Below are positions 61,423-64,000 of a DNA stretch of 64,000 bases, piece after piece. A model generated the notes under the pieces. The model had not been told where the DNA came from. It searched no databases and saw nothing but the letters and a program-made list of their open reading frames with translations. Position 1 is the stretch's first letter; each line of letters starts with the position of its first letter. A program made the position numbers and the translations under genes. Source of the stretch: Nostocales cyanobacterium (GTDB lineage Bacteria > Cyanobacteriota > Cyanobacteriia > Cyanobacteriales > Nostocaceae); assembly GCA_004293145.1 (NCBI GenBank), contig RDYJ01000007.1:16390-80389 (forward strand). Direction: 5' to 3'.

Positions 61423-62202
61423 ATGTTACCTAGAGAAGAACTTTTAAAAGGTGTTGAAAATCGTGATAGGATAGCTCACGTAATTGACCAAGCAGAGCAA
61501 GCTATAAAGACCTGGGAAGTAGTGTTTACTGATTTTTTGTCTCCACCGGAGTTAGCAGAAATTCAACGGGTTTTTAGCCGATTAACAGATGTGCATTTAG
61601 TAGCCTGGGGTGGATATCCTCAAGCTGAACGTCAACGAGTGGCGATCGCTCGTTCTGAATTACCATTAGATCAATCTCAAGTCGCTATCACTGCTTTAGA
61701 AATTGCTGGTAATTTCCTGTTTGATACTGCAACCCACCGTGACTTTTTAGGAGCAATGTTGGGTACAGGAATTGTGCGGGAAAAAACCGGAGATATGATT
61801 ATTTTAGGAGAAAGGGGAGCGCAAGCAATTGTAGTTCCTGAACTCGCAGAATTTTTGCAGATGAGTTTGCAGCAAGTGCGTTCTGTTCCTGTGAAAACTC
61901 AACCTATTGATATTAATGAGTTAAAAATTCGAGAACCGAAGAAAAAAGAATTGACAACTGTAGAAGCTTCTTTAAGATTAGATGCAGTTGCTTCTGCTGG
62001 TTTTGGGATGTCCCGTAGCAAAATGGTTGATTTTATCGACTCCGGTGATGTGCGCGTTAATTGGAAGGAAATAACTCAAGCCAGTTCTCAAGTCAAAACA
62101 GGAGATTTAATCGCAATTCGCGGTAAAGGACGTTTAGAAGTTGGCGAAATTGCCGTGACTAAAAAAGACCGTTACCGCGTGCAATTAACTAGATATATGT
62201 AG
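61423..62202 (+). CDS. Photosystem II S4-domain protein (YlmH/Sll1252 family)
   Basis: TDFLSP, GGYPQAERQR, HRDFLG and SLRLDAV motifs. Confidence 0.92.
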   Translation: MLPREELLKGVENRDRIAHVIDQAEQAIKTWEVVFTDFLSPPELAEIQRVFSRLTDVHLVAWGGYPQAERQRVAIARSELPLDQSQVAITALEIAGNFLFDTATHRDFLGAMLGTGIVREKTGDMIILGERGAQAIVVPELAEFLQMSLQQVRSVPVKTQPIDINELKIREPKKKELTTVEASLRLDAVASAGFGMSRSKMVDFIDSGDVRVNWKEITQASSQVKTGDLIAIRGKGRLEVGEIAVTKKDRYRVQLTRYM

Positions 62203-62248
62203 TAAATTCATAATTGATAATTCATAATTCATAATTACAAATTACTAA

Positions 62249-62411
62249 GAGGTTGTTTTAAAAGTATTATATAAAACCAATAATCTCCAGAAACCTAACC
62301 CCCCCTAACCCATTCCCTACAAGGGAAGGGGGGTTTCAAAGCCTCTCCGCTTGCAGGGGAGAGATTGGGAGATGGGTCAATTTATACATCAAAAACTTTT
62401 CAGACATCCTC
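62249..62411. mobile_element. 163-bp MITE flanked by TAA, inside heptamer arrays
   Basis: gaggttgttttaaaagt / acttttcagacatcctc TIR; TAA on both sides; two internal hairpins. Confidence 0.75.
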
Positions 62412-62451
62412 TAAATTACAAATTACTAAATTATGAATTATGAATTATGAA

Positions 62452-63234
62452 TTATGAATTACTTTTAAACTGTTTTGCGATCGCACTTACCAAAGATTCT
62501 CTTGGTAAAAACCTGTGCATATTGACGATGATTTTATTTCCTAAACCGCCGCTAACCACAGTAGAATCTCCCTTTTCTAAACCTTGTAAAGCATCTTGTG
62601 CAACTTCTTCAGGAGTTGCTATTTTATTATTTGTATTTGCTAAAGTTTCAGGAAACTTGGCTTCTGTGAAAAAGTCTGTTTCTGTTGGTCCTGGACAAAC
62701 TACTAAAACTTTAACACCATAATCCCGATTTTCTGCCCACAGTGCTTCACTAAAACTGAGAACAAAGGCTTTAGTCGCAGCATAAACAGAAATATACGGC
62801 ATTGGTTGAAAACCCGCAATTGAAGAAACATTAATAATGCTACCAGAACGACGTTGACGCATTAAAGGTAGAAATTTGTGGGTTAAATCTACCAAGGCCA
62901 TAATATTTAATTGAATCATTGTTAATTGCCGTTCTCCGTCTCTTTCGGCAAAATCTCCATAGTCGCCAAAACCAGCATTATTGATTAACAAATCAATTGT
63001 TAAACCTTTCTCCTTAATGAGATCAAATACCTCATTTGTGGCATTAGTTTCTGTCAAGTCTTTGGCTATAACCTCGACTTTTATTTGACATTGTTGTTGT
63101 AATTTTGTGGCTATTTGGTTGAGTTTATCAGCTGAACGGGCAACGAGAACAAGATTTGTTTTGCGTGCAGCAAGTTCTTCTGCAAAAGCTTTCCCAATTC
63201 CACCTGACGCACCGGTAATTAAAGCTGTTGACAT
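62452..63234 (-). CDS. SDR-family oxidoreductase
   Basis: TGASGGIG, NNAG and YAATK motifs. Confidence 0.95.
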   Translation of the reverse strand: MSTALITGASGGIGKAFAEELAARKTNLVLVARSADKLNQIATKLQQQCQIKVEVIAKDLTETNATNEVFDLIKEKGLTIDLLINNAGFGDYGDFAERDGERQLTMIQLNIMALVDLTHKFLPLMRQRRSGSIINVSSIAGFQPMPYISVYAATKAFVLSFSEALWAENRDYGVKVLVVCPGPTETDFFTEAKFPETLANTNNKIATPEEVAQDALQGLEKGDSTVVSGGLGNKIIVNMHRFLPRESLVSAIAKQFKSNS

Positions 63235-63351
63235 TTTGGATATTATCTGATTTATTTTTTCACCTTTATTTATGGTAGCAAAACAAAAACAAGATCCCCT
63301 ACTTCTTAGAGAAGTCGAGGATCTGAGTAGCGGAAATTTTTTTGGTCTTCT

Positions 63352-63445
63352 TTAGACATAGGGGTGAAAATTGGAAGTAGAGACAATTCATGAATTGTCC
63401 CTACAAGGGTTTCAGGTTATGCACATTTAATTACCGAAGATGTCT
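63352..63445. mobile_element. MITE-like element with internal GTAG REP hairpin
   Basis: agacat...atgtct termini; gtagagacaattcatgaattgtccctac palindrome. Confidence 0.5.
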
Positions 63446-63514
63446 TTTGTATTATTTAGAGTCAGAACAGGGAATAATAGATTTAGCTCACTTTAGTATG
63501 CTCAGGGTGTGACT

Positions 63515-64000
63515 ATGTTCGGTAAGATCAAATTTGCGGCTTTTCTCATCGCAGGTACAGCGGGGGTTGTGTGGCTTGTCAATTTACCATATCCCATGAT
63601 TCGCAGACCTGTCGCACAAGTAGCACCAATTTTATTGTTACCTAGTTTTATAAATATGGATCATCACTACAGGGGTGCGATTGATGCTTTAGAACAAGCA
63701 GACCAGTTAGTGAGTCGCGCTACCAGCAGTGCGGATATTGAACTGGGTGGAGAGAAGGTAAAAGCGGCAAAACAACACTTGGATAATTTACCAGTCTGGT
63801 TTTTGGGTTACTATCCTCAGCGTTATTGTAGTTTGTTTAGTTGTAGTTGGCAGTTTACTTTAGATGAATTTGAACAGGCCAGAGAACGAGTAGCGCGACT
63901 GGATGCGGTTGTTTTTCAAGATAAAAATGCTTTAGTTCCTTTGAATGACGCGAGAAATGCTTTAGTAACTGCCAAACAGCAATATCAACAAGCTAAAAAT
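63515..64000 (+). CDS. Conserved cyanobacterial hypothetical protein (5' part, runs off the window)
   Basis: ATG 63515 opens a frame without stop to the end: MFGKIKFAAFL..VNLPYPMIRRPVA..LDNLPVWFLGYYP. Confidence 0.75.
   Translation, partial: MFGKIKFAAFLIAGTAGVVWLVNLPYPMIRRPVAQVAPILLLPSFINMDHHYRGAIDALEQADQLVSRATSSADIELGGEKVKAAKQHLDNLPVWFLGYYPQRYCSLFSCSWQFTLDEFEQARERVARLDAVVFQDKNALVPLNDARNALVTAKQQYQQAKN

Noticed and set aside
1-64000. CRISPR array, tRNA or rRNA genes
   Set aside because: No regularly spaced repeat-spacer series, cloverleaf or rRNA-like sequence seen; repeats are STRR, REP or MITE types.

Overview
AT-rich chromosomal segment of a heterocyst-forming cyanobacterium (Nostocales-like: many HIP1 GCGATCGC sites, heptamer STRR arrays, short KaiA, kaiABC followed by a TolC/HgdD gene). 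The backbone is housekeeping: sufS (partial), Cu P-type ATPase, hflX, grxC, gshB, ftsQ-ftsZ, psbO, sigF, recQ, leuA, labA, intein-containing nrdJ, cysE, kaiABC, hgdD. Small accessory modules are interspersed. The most striking one lies between recQ and leuA: a coupled two-gene operon (DUF3800 RNase H-like protein plus a small putative nuclease) faced by a convergent, perfect-consensus TTGACA-17-TATAAT promoter that would drive a ~77-nt two-hairpin RNA, i.e. a candidate protein-ncRNA toxin-antitoxin or defence system. Other items: a toxin/immunity-like pair between nrdJ and a decayed duplicate of the nrdJ promoter/5' end, two Rpn genes with internal SD+ATG starts, an ATPase/TPR module with a duplicated domain, a double-glycine peptide, a probable non-canonical hflX start, TnpB and HerA-like remnants, and many partly nested MITE/REP/SDR repeats. 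No rRNA, tRNA or CRISPR array was seen. All family calls come from motif recognition by eye; no database search was run.
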